The notes: a model not told the origin generated them from the sequence alone. Positions 29,271-39,744 are shown, counted from the stretch's first letter. The stretch is 64,000 nucleotides of DNA from an uncultured Actinomycetota bacterium (GCA_963730945.1 CAVSTV010000006.1:25612-89611); one strand, 5' to 3'. Translations and numbers: made by a program.

Positions 29271-29477
29271 GCGCGGGTGTCCGTCGTTGTCGGCGCCGGC
29301 GCACAGGTGCTGCCGCGCCGCTCCCGCTCCTCGGCGCCGAGGAGCCTGCGGTGCGGGTCGGCTTGCACTCGTCTGCCCTGGTCCATCTGAGCAGGACTCA
29401 TGTTCACGTTGCGTCGCTCACGTGCACTCGCGATCGTCTGCACGGCCAGTGACGGGACGTGTGCATGTCGAACGCCG
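29271..29477 (+). repeat. Left arm of a ~208-bp inverted repeat flanking the DUF222/HNH gene
   Basis: Reverse complement of 31511-31719; manual alignment gives 7 substitutions and 2 single-base indels. Confidence 0.95.
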
Positions 29478-29538
29478 TCCTAACAGCGGTGTCGATTCTT
29501 GCAGTCGCGCGCCGCGGCGGTTCGGTTCGCGGTCGTTG

Positions 29539-31400
29539 TCAGAAGGGTGGGTCGTCGGGGATCGGGTGGCCCGGCGGTGCTGGTTCGGGTGGGGCGGGTG
29601 GTGGTTCGGGTTCGGGGTCGTCGGGGAAGTAGTCGCGGTAGTCGTGGGGTCGGCTGGTGTGGCGGTGCCCGGTGGGGGTGATCCAGATCAGGGTGCCGTC
29701 GGGGTGGGAGATGACGTGCCAGCCGGGTTGGTCTTTCAGCGCGTGGTGTTGGGGGCAGAGGCCGTGCAGGTTGGCCTCGTTGGTGTCGCCGTCTTGGGCC
29801 CAGGGTTGGAGGTGGTCGAGGTCGCAGTCGATGGCGCGGCGGTTGCAGATGGGGAATCGGCAGGTCACGTCCCGGGCTTTGACGAAGTCGTGGAGGGCGG
29901 CGGGTGGTCGGTAGGTGCGGCGGCCGTGGTCGAGCAGGGCACCGCTGACCGGGTCGGTGATCAGGCGTTTCCAGACGGCGTCGGTGGCGGTGTGGCGGGC
30001 GAGGTCGGCGGGGATGGGGCCGTAGCCGACGAGTTCGGCGGGTAGCTGGTGGGTGCCGGTGAGGGTGTCGAGTCCGATGACGATCTGCACCAGTGGCTTC
30101 CCACCACCACTGCCGCTGTTGTTGCTGCCGGCGGCGCCGCAGGTGCAGCCGGTGCGACGAGCGGGGTTGGTGCGGGGTGGCCACCCGGCCGGCCGGCGGT
30201 CCGGTCGGCGGGCTCCTCGGGTGTCGCCGCCGGTGCCGGTGTCGGTGCCGGTGTCGGTGTCGGTGTCGGTGGCCGCGGTCGGCGTTGTGGCCGCACCGGT
30301 GTCATCGGTGTGTACACCGGCCATATCGCCGGTGCCGGTGTCGCTGTCGGTCGCGGTGTCGCTGTCGGTCGCGAACTCGTCATCGGTCGCGGGCTCGTCA
30401 TCGGTCGCGGGCTCGTCATCGGTCGCGGGCTCGTCATCGGTCGCGGTGCTCGTCATCGGTCGTGGTGTTGTCGGTGGCGCTGTCCGCGGTGTCGTCGTCG
30501 GTGGCGGTGTCGTCGTAGTGGGTGTGGGTGAGGCGGCCGGTGATGAGGTCGACGAGTAGGTCGGCGCGGCGGGCGTCCATAGGCCGGGGGTCGTCGGGGC
30601 CAAGGCTGCGGGCCAGGCGGGTCAGGGTGTGCCAGCCGGTGGCGGCGTCGGTGGCCGAGAGCAGCGCCCACAGGCTGGACATGCCGTCCTCGTCGTGGTG
30701 CACCGCGACCCGGCGTTCGCGGTGCGCGGCGCCGTGGCGCCGGTTGGCGCCGTCGGGGTCCACGCGCAGCACGGCACGGCGTACCGCGGCCCGGAACTGG
30801 GTCCAGGTTTGTGTCCCGGCGGCGGGCAGCACCCGGTCCTGGACCTGGCGGGCCTGCTCGGGGCTCAGCACGGTGAGCAGTTCGCACAGCACCCGGGCTT
30901 GGCCGGCGTCGATGGTGCCGGCCTGCCACGCGGCCAGGGTGTCGGGCAGGGTGCGGGTCAGGATGATCGACTGGGCCAGTTCGGTGCTGGCCGCGGGGCG
31001 GCTGATCCCGAGGGCGAGGCCGAGTTCATCGGGGGCCCACCGCGAGGCCACGCTGGGGCGGGGGCAGGATGACGGCTTGGGGTTCGTCGCCGGGGCGGCG
31101 GCGGGCGAACTCGGCGATCAGGCGGGTGCGGCGGGCTTGGGCCCAGCGGGTGAGGTGGTCGAACGCGACGATGGTGTCCAGCAGCGCGGTGTCGGTGAGC
31201 AGCGCCGGTTCGGCGGCGGCGTGCTCGGCGTCGAGGGCGAGCTCGCCGTCGGGCAGGCACTCGGCCAGGCCGTAGGTGGGGGCGTCGTCGTCGGGTTGGG
31301 AGTAGACGCCGGGGGCGGTGGGGATGTAGTCGTGGTTGCGGGCGGCGCGTTCGGTGGGGGTGATCGCGAACACCTCAGTCGGATCCGCGGTGTCGAACAT
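29539..31400 (-). pseudogene. DUF222 (13E12-repeat family) HNH endonuclease, with two apparent frameshifts (~31060 and 30447)
   Basis: Three consecutive ORF pieces: MFDTAD...RWAQARRTRLIAEFARRR; SRWAPDELGLALGIS...RRADLLVDL; AELVGYGPIPA...RDVTCRFPIC...CDLDH...N..NLHGLCPQHHALK. Confidence 0.9.
30367..30460 (-). repeat. 18-bp tandem repeat (TDDEPA) x5 inside the DUF222 linker; the first unit on the coding strand has 19 bp and shifts the frame
   Basis: ACCGATGACGAGCCCGCG units; the aberrant unit is ACCGATGACGAGCACCGCG. Confidence 0.9.
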
Positions 31401-31408
31401 GTGTTCGA
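31393..31408. promoter_or_regulatory. LexA (SOS) box overlapping the DUF222 start codon, with an adjacent TATACT -10 element
   Basis: TCGAAC-ATGT-GTTCGA matches the actinobacterial consensus TCGAAC-N4-GTTCGA; minus-strand TATACT at 31413-31408. Confidence 0.85.
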
Positions 31409-31510
31409 GTATAGCGGCCAGAACTGCGGTTATCAAGCCGAATGACGGGCTCCTTGACGGGATCCTTCGACCTCGTACGACGCGCCCGCCGCACGCTGCC
31501 CGGTGACGCC

Positions 31511-31719
31511 CGGCGTTCGACATGCACACGCCCCGTCACTGGCCGTGCAGACGATCGCGAGTGCACGCGAGCGACTCCAACCTGAACATGAGTCCTGCTC
31601 AGATGGACCAGGACCGACGAGGGCAAGCCGACCCGCACCGCAGGCTCCTCGGCGCCGAGGAGCGGGAGCGGCGCGGCAGCACCTCGTGCGCCGGCGCCGA
31701 CAACGACGGACACCCGCGC
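31511..31719 (-). repeat. Right arm of the ~208-bp inverted repeat
   Basis: Reverse complement of 29271-29477; contains the same 20-bp palindrome GCTCCTCGGCGCCGAGGAGC (31644-31663). Confidence 0.95.
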
Positions 31720-31934
31720 GCGCCGCGCAATCGTGAGACCGCCCGGTCGCCCGAAGGTGCGACGGTGATTCGGCCTGCCGTGGGCGAACCGCTCATTGAC
31801 CGGGCTGAGCGACTCGCCGCGCTACGGCGTGGCTTCCGACCCTGGACGAGTCCGATGCCGTTCACTGTGGGCACGCGGGGGTCGGTGAGTTCCCGGTCGG
31901 CCGCCGCGGTGCTGGTGAGCGAGAGGGGCCGGCC

Positions 31935-32231
31935 GTGCCGTACGAGGTCGTAAGCGCGTACACGCTGCTCGTCGGCGACGTCCATTCATCGCCCACGGTC
32001 AGCGTGCACACCAAGGCCGACGACGCCTGGCGGGCGCTGGACACCGAGGTCCGCAGCCGCTGCGGGATGCGACCCCGGCCGCGCCGCGAGATGGACGCCG
32101 ACGCCGCTACCCGGCTGGCCAACGCGTGGCGTGCCGGCGACCCGGAATGCCGCTACTGGAACCTCACCGTGCACCGGTTGCCGGTCCCGGTGCCGGTGAT
32201 CGCCCAGCTGCCGCTGGCCCTCGCCCGCTGA
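31935..32231 (+). CDS. Hypothetical protein
   Basis: 98 aa, GAGAGG RBS, high-GC3 codon usage. Confidence 0.55.
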   Translation: MPYEVVSAYTLLVGDVHSSPTVSVHTKADDAWRALDTEVRSRCGMRPRPRREMDADAATRLANAWRAGDPECRYWNLTVHRLPVPVPVIAQLPLALAR

Positions 32232-32258
32232 CGTCCGCTCACGCCGGACCCCGGCATC

Positions 32259-33140
32259 ATGGTGCCGGTGTTCCCGCTGCCCGCCCGGCTCGCCGCGAGC
32301 GCGGCCGTCGATCCGGAACGCCGGGACTGGCTCGCCGGACTGCCCGACGCCGTGCACGGCCTGGCCGCGCGCTGGGCGTTGACCCTCGGCCCGCCGTTCC
32401 AGCCCGGCGGTGAGGTGTCCTGGGTGGCGCCGGCCCGGGACCCGGCCGGGCGCGATCTCGTACTCAAGATCGGCTGGCGACATGTCGACGCCGCGCAGGA
32501 GGCGGCCGGGCTGCGCGCCTGGTCCGAGCGTGGCGCGGTGCGGTTGTACGCGGCGCACGACGAGGGCGCCCACTGCGGGCTGCTGCTCGAACGCTGCCGG
32601 CCGGGCACCACGCTGGCGATGGGCCGATCCGGGTCCGAGCAGGACGAGGTGGTGGCCGTGCTGCTGCGCCGGCTGTGGCACGAACCCCCACCCGGACACC
32701 CGTTCCGATCGCTGGTGCAGCTCTGCGACGAATGGGCCGCGGAGTTCGAGATCGACTACGCCCGCCAGCCGAACGCCCTCGATCCCGGCATCGCCCGGGC
32801 CGGGATGGAGCTGTTCCGCGGCCTGCCCCGCGAGCACCGACCCGACCTGCTGCTCACCACCGACCTGCACGCGGGCAACGTGCTCGCCGCGCACCGCGAA
32901 CCGTGGCTGGTGATCGACCCGAAACCGCACGTCGGGGACCCGACCTACGACGTGCTGCAACACCTGCTCAACTGTCCCGAGCGGCTGACCGCCGATCCCG
33001 GCGGCCTCGCCGACCGGCTCTCGGCGCTGCTCGATCTCGACGCGCACCGGGTCCGGCGCTGGCTGTTCGCCCGCTGCGTGCAGGAATGCGTGCAGCAGCC
33101 CTGGCTGCGACCGGTGGCGAGCGCGATCGCCCCGACCTGA
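32259..33140 (+). CDS. Aminoglycoside/hydroxyurea resistance kinase family (APH(6)-like) phosphotransferase
   Basis: VLKIG, LLLERCRPG, DLHAGNVL Brenner motif, VIDPKP..GDP.YD. Confidence 0.85.
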   Translation: MVPVFPLPARLAASAAVDPERRDWLAGLPDAVHGLAARWALTLGPPFQPGGEVSWVAPARDPAGRDLVLKIGWRHVDAAQEAAGLRAWSERGAVRLYAAHDEGAHCGLLLERCRPGTTLAMGRSGSEQDEVVAVLLRRLWHEPPPGHPFRSLVQLCDEWAAEFEIDYARQPNALDPGIARAGMELFRGLPREHRPDLLLTTDLHAGNVLAAHREPWLVIDPKPHVGDPTYDVLQHLLNCPERLTADPGGLADRLSALLDLDAHRVRRWLFARCVQECVQQPWLRPVASAIAPT

Positions 33141-33147
33141 CGGCCGG

Positions 33148-33546
33148 TCACTCGTGGTCGTGCTCGGCGGCCTCGGCATCGGCTTTCGTCGCGTGCACGG
33201 TGCCGTCGGGGTGTTCCGGCGGTGCGTACAGCGAGTAGAGCCGCAGCTCGGAGTCGCCGACGTTGCGGACGTTGTGCCAGGTAGCGGCGGGCACGATGAT
33301 CGCCCAGTCGTCCTCGACCGCCCGCGTCTCGTCGACGGCGTCCCCGGACCTCCCGAGGTCGACCTCGCCCCGCCCCTGCTCGATGCGCAGGAACTGGTCG
33401 AGGTGGCCGTGCGCCTCCCAGCCGATGTCCTCTCCCGGCTGCAGGCACATCAGCGTGAGCTGGGTGTGACCGCCGGTGAAGAGGACCCTGCGGAAGTCGG
33501 AGTTGTCGAGGGTGAGCTTCTCGATGTCGCTGATCCAGCCGAGCAT
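33148..33546 (-). CDS. Cupin domain protein
   Basis: NSDFRRVLFTG, EAHGHLDQFLRIEQG, WHNVRN, LYSLYAPPEH. Confidence 0.9.
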   Translation of the reverse strand: MLGWISDIEKLTLDNSDFRRVLFTGGHTQLTLMCLQPGEDIGWEAHGHLDQFLRIEQGRGEVDLGRSGDAVDETRAVEDDWAIIVPAATWHNVRNVGDSELRLYSLYAPPEHPDGTVHATKADAEAAEHDHE

Positions 33547-33601
33547 GTGCTCCTTCTACCCGACCACGACGCAGTACACGCGATCGGATATCCCAGCCGG
33601 G

Positions 33602-34069
33602 CTAGATGTTGTGATGGGGCTGGTCGTGATGGCGCTGGTCGTAGGGGCCCTGGTTGGGGTGCGTGCTGATCTCGTTGGCCGGGCGGGTGTCGACGCCGCG
33701 ATCGGCCAGTCGCTCCTGCACCTGCTCGGAGATGGTGTCCGAGCGCCGACGCTCGCGGACCCGGATCAGCACCAGCATCGAGATCCCGTACGCGATGCCC
33801 AGCACCAGCAGCACCACCCCGAGCCGCGTGATGAACCGTTGCAGCGGCTCGGCCGGCCCGAGATCGATCCCGAGGATCATTGCCAGCACGCCCAGGGTGA
33901 TCAGGTGGAAGAGCACCGACAGCAGCAGGTTCACCGAGCGGGTGACCGAGCGGTCCTGGAAGACCTCCTGCAGGAACGGCTCACCCGCGGTCACCAACAA
34001 CCGTCCGACCAGGAAGGTCAGGCCGATCGACACCAATAGCAGGGTGATGTACTGCGCGTTCTCGTCCAT
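33602..34069 (-). CDS. Hypothetical membrane protein (3 TM)
   Basis: GEPFLQEVF...SVNLLLSVLFHL...LGVVLLVLG; GGAG RBS. Confidence 0.7.
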   Translation of the reverse strand: MDENAQYITLLLVSIGLTFLVGRLLVTAGEPFLQEVFQDRSVTRSVNLLLSVLFHLITLGVLAMILGIDLGPAEPLQRFITRLGVVLLVLGIAYGISMLVLIRVRERRRSDTISEQVQERLADRGVDTRPANEISTHPNQGPYDQRHHDQPHHNI

Positions 34070-34150
34070 CGGAGCTCCCCGATACGGGTGTCTGCGAAGC
34101 GATCGTCTTCGCAGCAGTGCGACTGCCGAGTCGTCGGTAGCGTGTGCAGG

Positions 34151-34933
34151 ATGACCTCGACCGACACCGCACGCAAGGCCGCGGAGCTGCTTCGGCTGCA
34201 CACCGACCCCGACCTCCTCGTTGTCGTCAACGTCTGGGACGCGATTTCCGCGGCCGTGGTCGCCGCACAACCCGGTTGCCGGGCCATCGCGACAGCCAGT
34301 CACTCCATAGCGGCCACGCTGGGGTACCCGGATGGCGAGCAGATACCCGTCGATTCCATGATTGACATGGTCGGACGCATCGCCGCCGCCGTCGAGCTGC
34401 CGGTCACCGCCGATCTGGAGGCCGGCTACGGCGACGCCGGTGAGACGGTGCGCAAGGCGATCGGGGTCGGCGTGGTCGGGGCCAACCTCGAGGACCAGAT
34501 GCGGCCGTTGCCCGCGGCGGTCGAGGCCGTCACCGCGGCGGTCAAGGCCGGCGAGGCCGAGGGTGTGCCCTTCGTGCTCAACGCCCGCACGGATGCGTTC
34601 CTGCGGGCCGGCGACCGTGATCGCGATGCGGTGCTCGCCGAGGCGATCGAGCGTGGACGGGCCTTCCTGGACGCCGGTGCCGCCTGCGTGTTCGTGCCCG
34701 GCCTGCTCGATGAGCCGACGGTCACCGCGCTGGTCGACGGGATCGGCCGGCACCGGATCAGCGTGATCAACGTGCCGGGGTCGTTGCCACCGCAGCGGTT
34801 GGCCGAGCTGGGGGTGGCCAGGGTGTCGTACGGGCCGTTCACCCAGCGCTCCGTGCTCACCCACCTGGCCGAGCTGGCCGGCGAGCTGCTGGCCGGCGGT
34901 GTGCTCCCGGACGGCATTCGCCCGCTGAACTGA
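34151..34933 (+). CDS. Isocitrate lyase/PEP mutase-family protein
   Basis: NVWDAISA, ATASHSIA, LPVTADLEAGYG, GANLED, LNARTD. Confidence 0.9.
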   Translation: MTSTDTARKAAELLRLHTDPDLLVVVNVWDAISAAVVAAQPGCRAIATASHSIAATLGYPDGEQIPVDSMIDMVGRIAAAVELPVTADLEAGYGDAGETVRKAIGVGVVGANLEDQMRPLPAAVEAVTAAVKAGEAEGVPFVLNARTDAFLRAGDRDRDAVLAEAIERGRAFLDAGAACVFVPGLLDEPTVTALVDGIGRHRISVINVPGSLPPQRLAELGVARVSYGPFTQRSVLTHLAELAGELLAGGVLPDGIRPLN

Positions 34934-35231
34934 CGTCCGGGCCGGCGCTCCGATCGGCACGCAGACATCGATGACGAACGCGTTATCAACCGGAGACGTC
35001 GGCATGACCGACGTGGACCGACACCGGGATATGCCGGTCGTGCAACCGTTTGCCGAGCCTTCTGAATCGATTACCTGATCGGTCCTGTGAGTGAATCGAC
35101 AGCGCCGCCCGGTGAGGAATCGGAGCGCCGCCGGTACGGTCGGTAATCCACCTTTATCCCAGTACACCCGGTCCGAGAGCCGGGTGTGCTCAGCATTCCC
35201 CGGGGCCTGCGCCGCCGGTGAGCGAGGACAC

Positions 35232-37055
35232 ATGACTGCTGCGACCGTGCCCGGAATCGACCACACGCCGACGACGAACACTCGCCTGCTGTCCTGGGTC
35301 CGGGAGGCAGCCGAGCTCATGAGGCCCGATCGCGTCGTGTGGTGCGACGGGTCCGACGCGGAATGGGATCGCCTGACCACCGATCTGGTCGATTCGGGAA
35401 CGTTCAAGCGACTGAATGAGCAGAAGAAACCGAATTCATTCTGGGCGGTCTCGGATCCGGATGACGTGGCGCGCGTCGAGGATCGCACGTTCATCTGTTC
35501 CGCGACGCCCGCGGGTGCCGGGCCGACGAACAACTGGGTCGATCCGGCCGAAATGAAAGCCACGATGTCCGACGTCTATCGCGGCTGCATGCGAGGCCGG
35601 ACGATGTACGTGATTCCGTTCTGCATGGGCCCATTGGACGCGCCGACCCCGATGCTCGGGGTGGAGATCACCGACTCCGAGTACGTGGTGGCCTCGATGA
35701 AGATCATGACGCGGATGGGCGCTTCGGTGTTGCCGCTGTTCGCCGAGACCGGCGACCGCTTCGTGCGCTGCCTGCACTCGGTCGGCGCCCCACTGGAGCC
35801 CGGGCAGGCCGATGTCCCGTGGCCGTGCAACCCGACCAAGTACATCAGCCACTTCCCGGAGACCCGCGAGATCTGGAGCTACGGCTCGGGTTACGGCGGC
35901 AATGCGCTGCTGGGGAAGAAGTGCTACGCGCTGCGGATCGCCTCGGCCATCGCGCACGACGAGGGCTGGCTCGCCGAGCACATGCTGATCCTCAAGTTGA
36001 TCAGCCCCGAGGACAAGGCGTACTACATCGCGGCCGCGTTCCCCTCGGCCTGCGGGAAGACCAATCTGGCGATGCTGCAGCCCACCGTCCCGGGCTGGCG
36101 CGCCGAGACCCTCGGCGACGACATCGCCTGGATGCGTTTCGGCGAGGACGGCCGGCTGTACGCGGTGAACCCGGAGTTCGGCTTCTTCGGGGTGGCGCCG
36201 GGCACCAACTGGAAGACCAACCCGAACGCGATGAAGACCATCGATCAGGGCAACTCGCTGTTCACCAACGTCGCGCTCACCGACGACGGTGACATCTGGT
36301 GGGAGGGCCTCGAGGGCGACCCGCAGCACCTGACCTCGTGGAAGGGCGAGGACTGGACCCCGAACTCGGACGCGCAGGCCGCGCACCCGAACTCGCGCTA
36401 CACCACCCCGCTGTCCCAGTGCCCGGTGCTGGCCCCGGAGTGGGAGGACCCGCAGGGGGTGCCGATCTCGGCGATCGTCTTCGGGGGCCGCCGGGCCAGC
36501 ACGGTGCCGCTGGTCACCGAGGCCCGCGACTGGCAGCACGGCACCTTCATCGGGGCCACGCTTTCCAGCGAGACCACCGCCGCGGCGGCCGGCAAGGTCG
36601 GCAACGTGCGCCGCGACCCGATGGCCATGCTGCCGTTCCTGGGCTACAACGCCGGCGCCTACTTCCAGCACTGGATCGACGTCGGCAAGGGGGCCGACGC
36701 CGCCAAGCTGCCCCGGATCTTCTACGTCAACTGGTTCCGGCGCGGCGACGACAAGCGCTTCCTGTGGCCCGGGTTCGGCGAGAACAGCCGGGTGCTCAAG
36801 TGGATGGTGCAGCGCCTAGAGGGCACCGCCGGCGCCGGCGAGACCGCGATCGGCTACGTCCCGACCGCGGAGCACCTCGACGTCGAGGGCCTGGACGCGG
36901 ATCCGGCCGACCTCGACGCCGCGCTGGACGTCGACGTCGAGGAGTGGAAGGCCGAGATCCCGCTGATCGAGGAGTGGTTCGACAAGATCGGCGACAGCCT
37001 CCCCACCTCCATGCGCGACGAGCTGGAGGCCCTCAAGCTCCGCCTCGGCCGGTAG
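35232..37055 (+). CDS. pckG: Phosphoenolpyruvate carboxykinase (GTP)
   Basis: [55 protein letters not shown]. Confidence 0.97.
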   Translation: MTAATVPGIDHTPTTNTRLLSWVREAAELMRPDRVVWCDGSDAEWDRLTTDLVDSGTFKRLNEQKKPNSFWAVSDPDDVARVEDRTFICSATPAGAGPTNNWVDPAEMKATMSDVYRGCMRGRTMYVIPFCMGPLDAPTPMLGVEITDSEYVVASMKIMTRMGASVLPLFAETGDRFVRCLHSVGAPLEPGQADVPWPCNPTKYISHFPETREIWSYGSGYGGNALLGKKCYALRIASAIAHDEGWLAEHMLILKLISPEDKAYYIAAAFPSACGKTNLAMLQPTVPGWRAETLGDDIAWMRFGEDGRLYAVNPEFGFFGVAPGTNWKTNPNAMKTIDQGNSLFTNVALTDDGDIWWEGLEGDPQHLTSWKGEDWTPNSDAQAAHPNSRYTTPLSQCPVLAPEWEDPQGVPISAIVFGGRRASTVPLVTEARDWQHGTFIGATLSSETTAAAAGKVGNVRRDPMAMLPFLGYNAGAYFQHWIDVGKGADAAKLPRIFYVNWFRRGDDKRFLWPGFGENSRVLKWMVQRLEGTAGAGETAIGYVPTAEHLDVEGLDADPADLDAALDVDVEEWKAEIPLIEEWFDKIGDSLPTSMRDELEALKLRLGR

Positions 37056-37109
37056 CCGCCGGCCCGGCCCCCGGCGCCCCCCCCGGCGCCTGGCCCGACC
37101 CGCACATTC

Positions 37110-37162
37110 GGAACGAACGGCACTTTCGCACGCACCTAGCGTGCGAAAGTGCCGTTCGTTCC
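37110..37162. repeat. Perfect 24-bp-arm palindrome (REP-like, probable terminator function)
   Basis: GGAACGAACGGCACTTTCGCACGC-ACCTA-GCGTGCGAAAGTGCCGTTCGTTCC; a second copy lies at 49662-49713. Confidence 0.9.
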
Positions 37163-37332
37163 TGTCCGGTGGGGCGAGAGCGCAGGACCCGCGCCGGTGG
37201 ACACGCGTCGGTCACAGCTCGGTTCCCGCGGCGCTCAGGCGCTGACAGCGCGGCATCCGCGTCCTATCGTCAGGCCCCAAACCGGCGTCGCGGGGTTCGG
37301 CGTCGTGCGCGCGGACGAGAGGGGCAGGCGTC

Positions 37333-39550
37333 GTGGCCACCACCGAGTTCCCGACGGATTCACCAGGCACGGAACCAGGCACGGAACGCCGAACGGCCCT
37401 GGTTCCGCGATCCGAAGCAGCTGGCCATCTGGTCCGCGGTCGCCGTGGTCGGGGCGATCGCCTGGGGCATCCTGGCGTTGAGCCGGGGCGAGGAGATCTC
37501 CGCGGCCTGGCTGGTCTTCGCCGCGCTGGCCTCCTACGCCATCGCCTACCGCTTCTACGCGCGCTTCATCGTGCGCAAGGCGCTGCGGGTCGACCCCACC
37601 CGGGCCACCCCGGCCGAGCGGCTCAACGACGGACAGGACTACCACCCGACCGACCGCCGGGTGCTGTTCGGCCACCACTTCGCGGCCATCGCCGGGGCCG
37701 GCCCGCTGGTCGGGCCGGTGCTGGCGGCGCAGATGGGCTACCTGCCCGGGACGATCTGGATCATCATCGGGGTGATCTTCGCCGGTGCCGTGCAGGACAT
37801 GGTCACGCTGTTCTTCTCCACCCGCCGCGGCGGCCGCAGCCTCGGCCAGATGGCCCGCGAGGAGATCGGCCCGGTGGGTGGGGCCGCGGCGCTGATCGCG
37901 GTGCTGGCCATCATGATCATCCTGCTGGCGGTGCTCGCGCTGGTCGTGGTGCAGGCGCTGGCCGACTCGCCGTGGGGCACCTTCTCGCTGGCCATGACCA
38001 TCCCGATCGCCCTGTTCATGGGCTTCTACCTGCGCTACATGCGCCCGGGGAAGATCCTCGAGGGCTCGGCCATCGGCGTCGCGCTGCTGCTGCTGGCCAT
38101 CATCGCCGGCGGCTGGGTGCAGGAGTCCGCGGCGGCCGAGGCGTTCACCCTGAGCGCCAACCAGCTGACCCTCTCTCTGGTGATCTACGGTTTCCTGGCC
38201 TCGATCCTGCCGGTCTGGATGCTGCTGGCCCCTCGGGACTACCTGTCCAGCTTCATGAAGATCGGCGTCATCGTCATGCTGGCGGCCTCGATCCTGCTGG
38301 CCTGGCCGACGATCCAGACCGAGGCCATCACCAACTTCGCGGTCACCGGCACCGGCCCGGTGTTCGCCGGCTCGCTGTTCCCGTTCGTGTTCATCACGAT
38401 CGCCTGCGGCGCGCTGTCCGGCTTCCACTCGCTGATCGCCTCCGGCACCACCCCGAAGCTCATCGAGTCCGAGTCGCAGATCCGGATGATCGGCTACGGG
38501 GCGATGCTCACCGAGTCGTTCGTGGCCATCATGGCGTTGGCCGCGGCGTGCGTGCTCGACCCCGGCCTGTACTTCGCGATGAACATGCCGGGCACCGTGC
38601 TCGGCACCACCGTCGAGACGGCATCGGCCGCGGTGGCGAACATCGGCTACACGATCACCCCGCAGGACCTGGCGGCGGCCGCCGCCGCGGTCGAGGAGGA
38701 GAAGCTGTTCGGGCGCACCGGCGGCGCGCCCACGCTGGCCGTCGGGCTGGCCCAGATCTTCTCCGAGGTCATCGGCGGCGAGGGGCTGAAGGCCTTCTGG
38801 TACCACTTCGCGATCATGTTCGAGGCGCTGTTCATCCTGACCACGGTGGACGCCGGCACCCGCGTCGGGCGCTTCATGCTGCAGGACACGGTGGGCAACC
38901 TGTGGCCGCGCTACCGGGACACCACCTGGAAGCCGGCCTCCTGGTCAGCCAGCGCGATCATCGTCGGGCTCTGGGGCTACCTGCTCTGGGCCGGGGTCAA
39001 CGACCCGCTGGGCGGCATCTACCAGCTGTTCCCGCTGTTCGGCATCGCCAACCAGCTGCTCGCCGCGGTGGCGCTGGCCGTGTGCACCACGCTGCTGATC
39101 AAGTCCGGGCGGGCGAAGTACGCCTGGATCACCATCGTGCCGCTCGCCTTCGACGCCGCGGTCACGCTCACCGCGGCCTTCCAGAAGATCTTCTCCGCGG
39201 ACCCGAAGTTGGGCTTCTGGGCGCAGCGCAACCAGTACCAGGACGCGCTGGACGCCGGGAAGACCAGCCTGGGCACGGCCAAGACCCCGGAGGCCATGCA
39301 GCAGGTCGTGTTCAACACGACCCTGGACACCGCGCTCACCGCGCTGTTCGCCGCCCTGATCGTGATCGTGCTGGCCGACGCGATCCGGGTGTGGATCGCG
39401 GCCTTCTCCGGCCGGCCGCTCTCCAGCGGCTCGGAGGATGAGTACGTCGAGTCGAAGCTGTGGGCGCCGGCCGGGCTGATCCCGACCAAGGAGGAGCGCG
39501 AGTACCAGCGTGAGCGGGCGCTGGCCGGCAGTTCTGCGGAGCGCGGATGA
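37333..39550 (+). pseudogene. cstA: Carbon starvation protein A (CstA/BtsT peptide or pyruvate transporter), with an apparent frameshift in the first ~25 codons
   Basis: RBS plus GTG MATTEFPTDS in one frame; body WFRDPKQLAIW...FGHHFAAIAGAGPLVGPVLAAQMGY...TTVDAGTR in the +1 frame. Confidence 0.88.
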
Positions 39551-39744
39551 GCGATCGGATGGGGTCGCGGTTGCGCCACGCGGCCCGGGAGGCGTGGCAG
39601 GTGCTGCGCGGCGTCATGGGTGAACGCGCCTACGAGAACTATCTGGCGCACCACGCCGCAACGCATCCAAATGAGACCCCGTTGAGTGAGCGCGAGTTCT
39701 GGCGGCGCCAGGGTGACCGGGAGCCGCCGGCCCGCTGCTGCTGA
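39547..39744 (+). CDS. YbdD/YjiX (DUF466) CstA-associated small protein
   Basis: AYENYLAHH..HP...SEREFWR...RCC; ATGA overlap with cstA. Confidence 0.9.
   Translation: MSDRMGSRLRHAAREAWQVLRGVMGERAYENYLAHHAATHPNETPLSEREFWRRQGDREPPARCC

Noticed and set aside
37056-37100. 6C RNA suggested by the C-rich stretch after pckG
   Set aside because: Lacks the two-hairpin, C-loop architecture; looks like low-complexity GC sequence.
39547-39744. Selenoprotein reading of the YbdD/YjiX gene (TGA after the Cys motif)
   Set aside because: The CC motif is already complete before TGA, so the TGA is best read as a stop; no SECIS was recognised.
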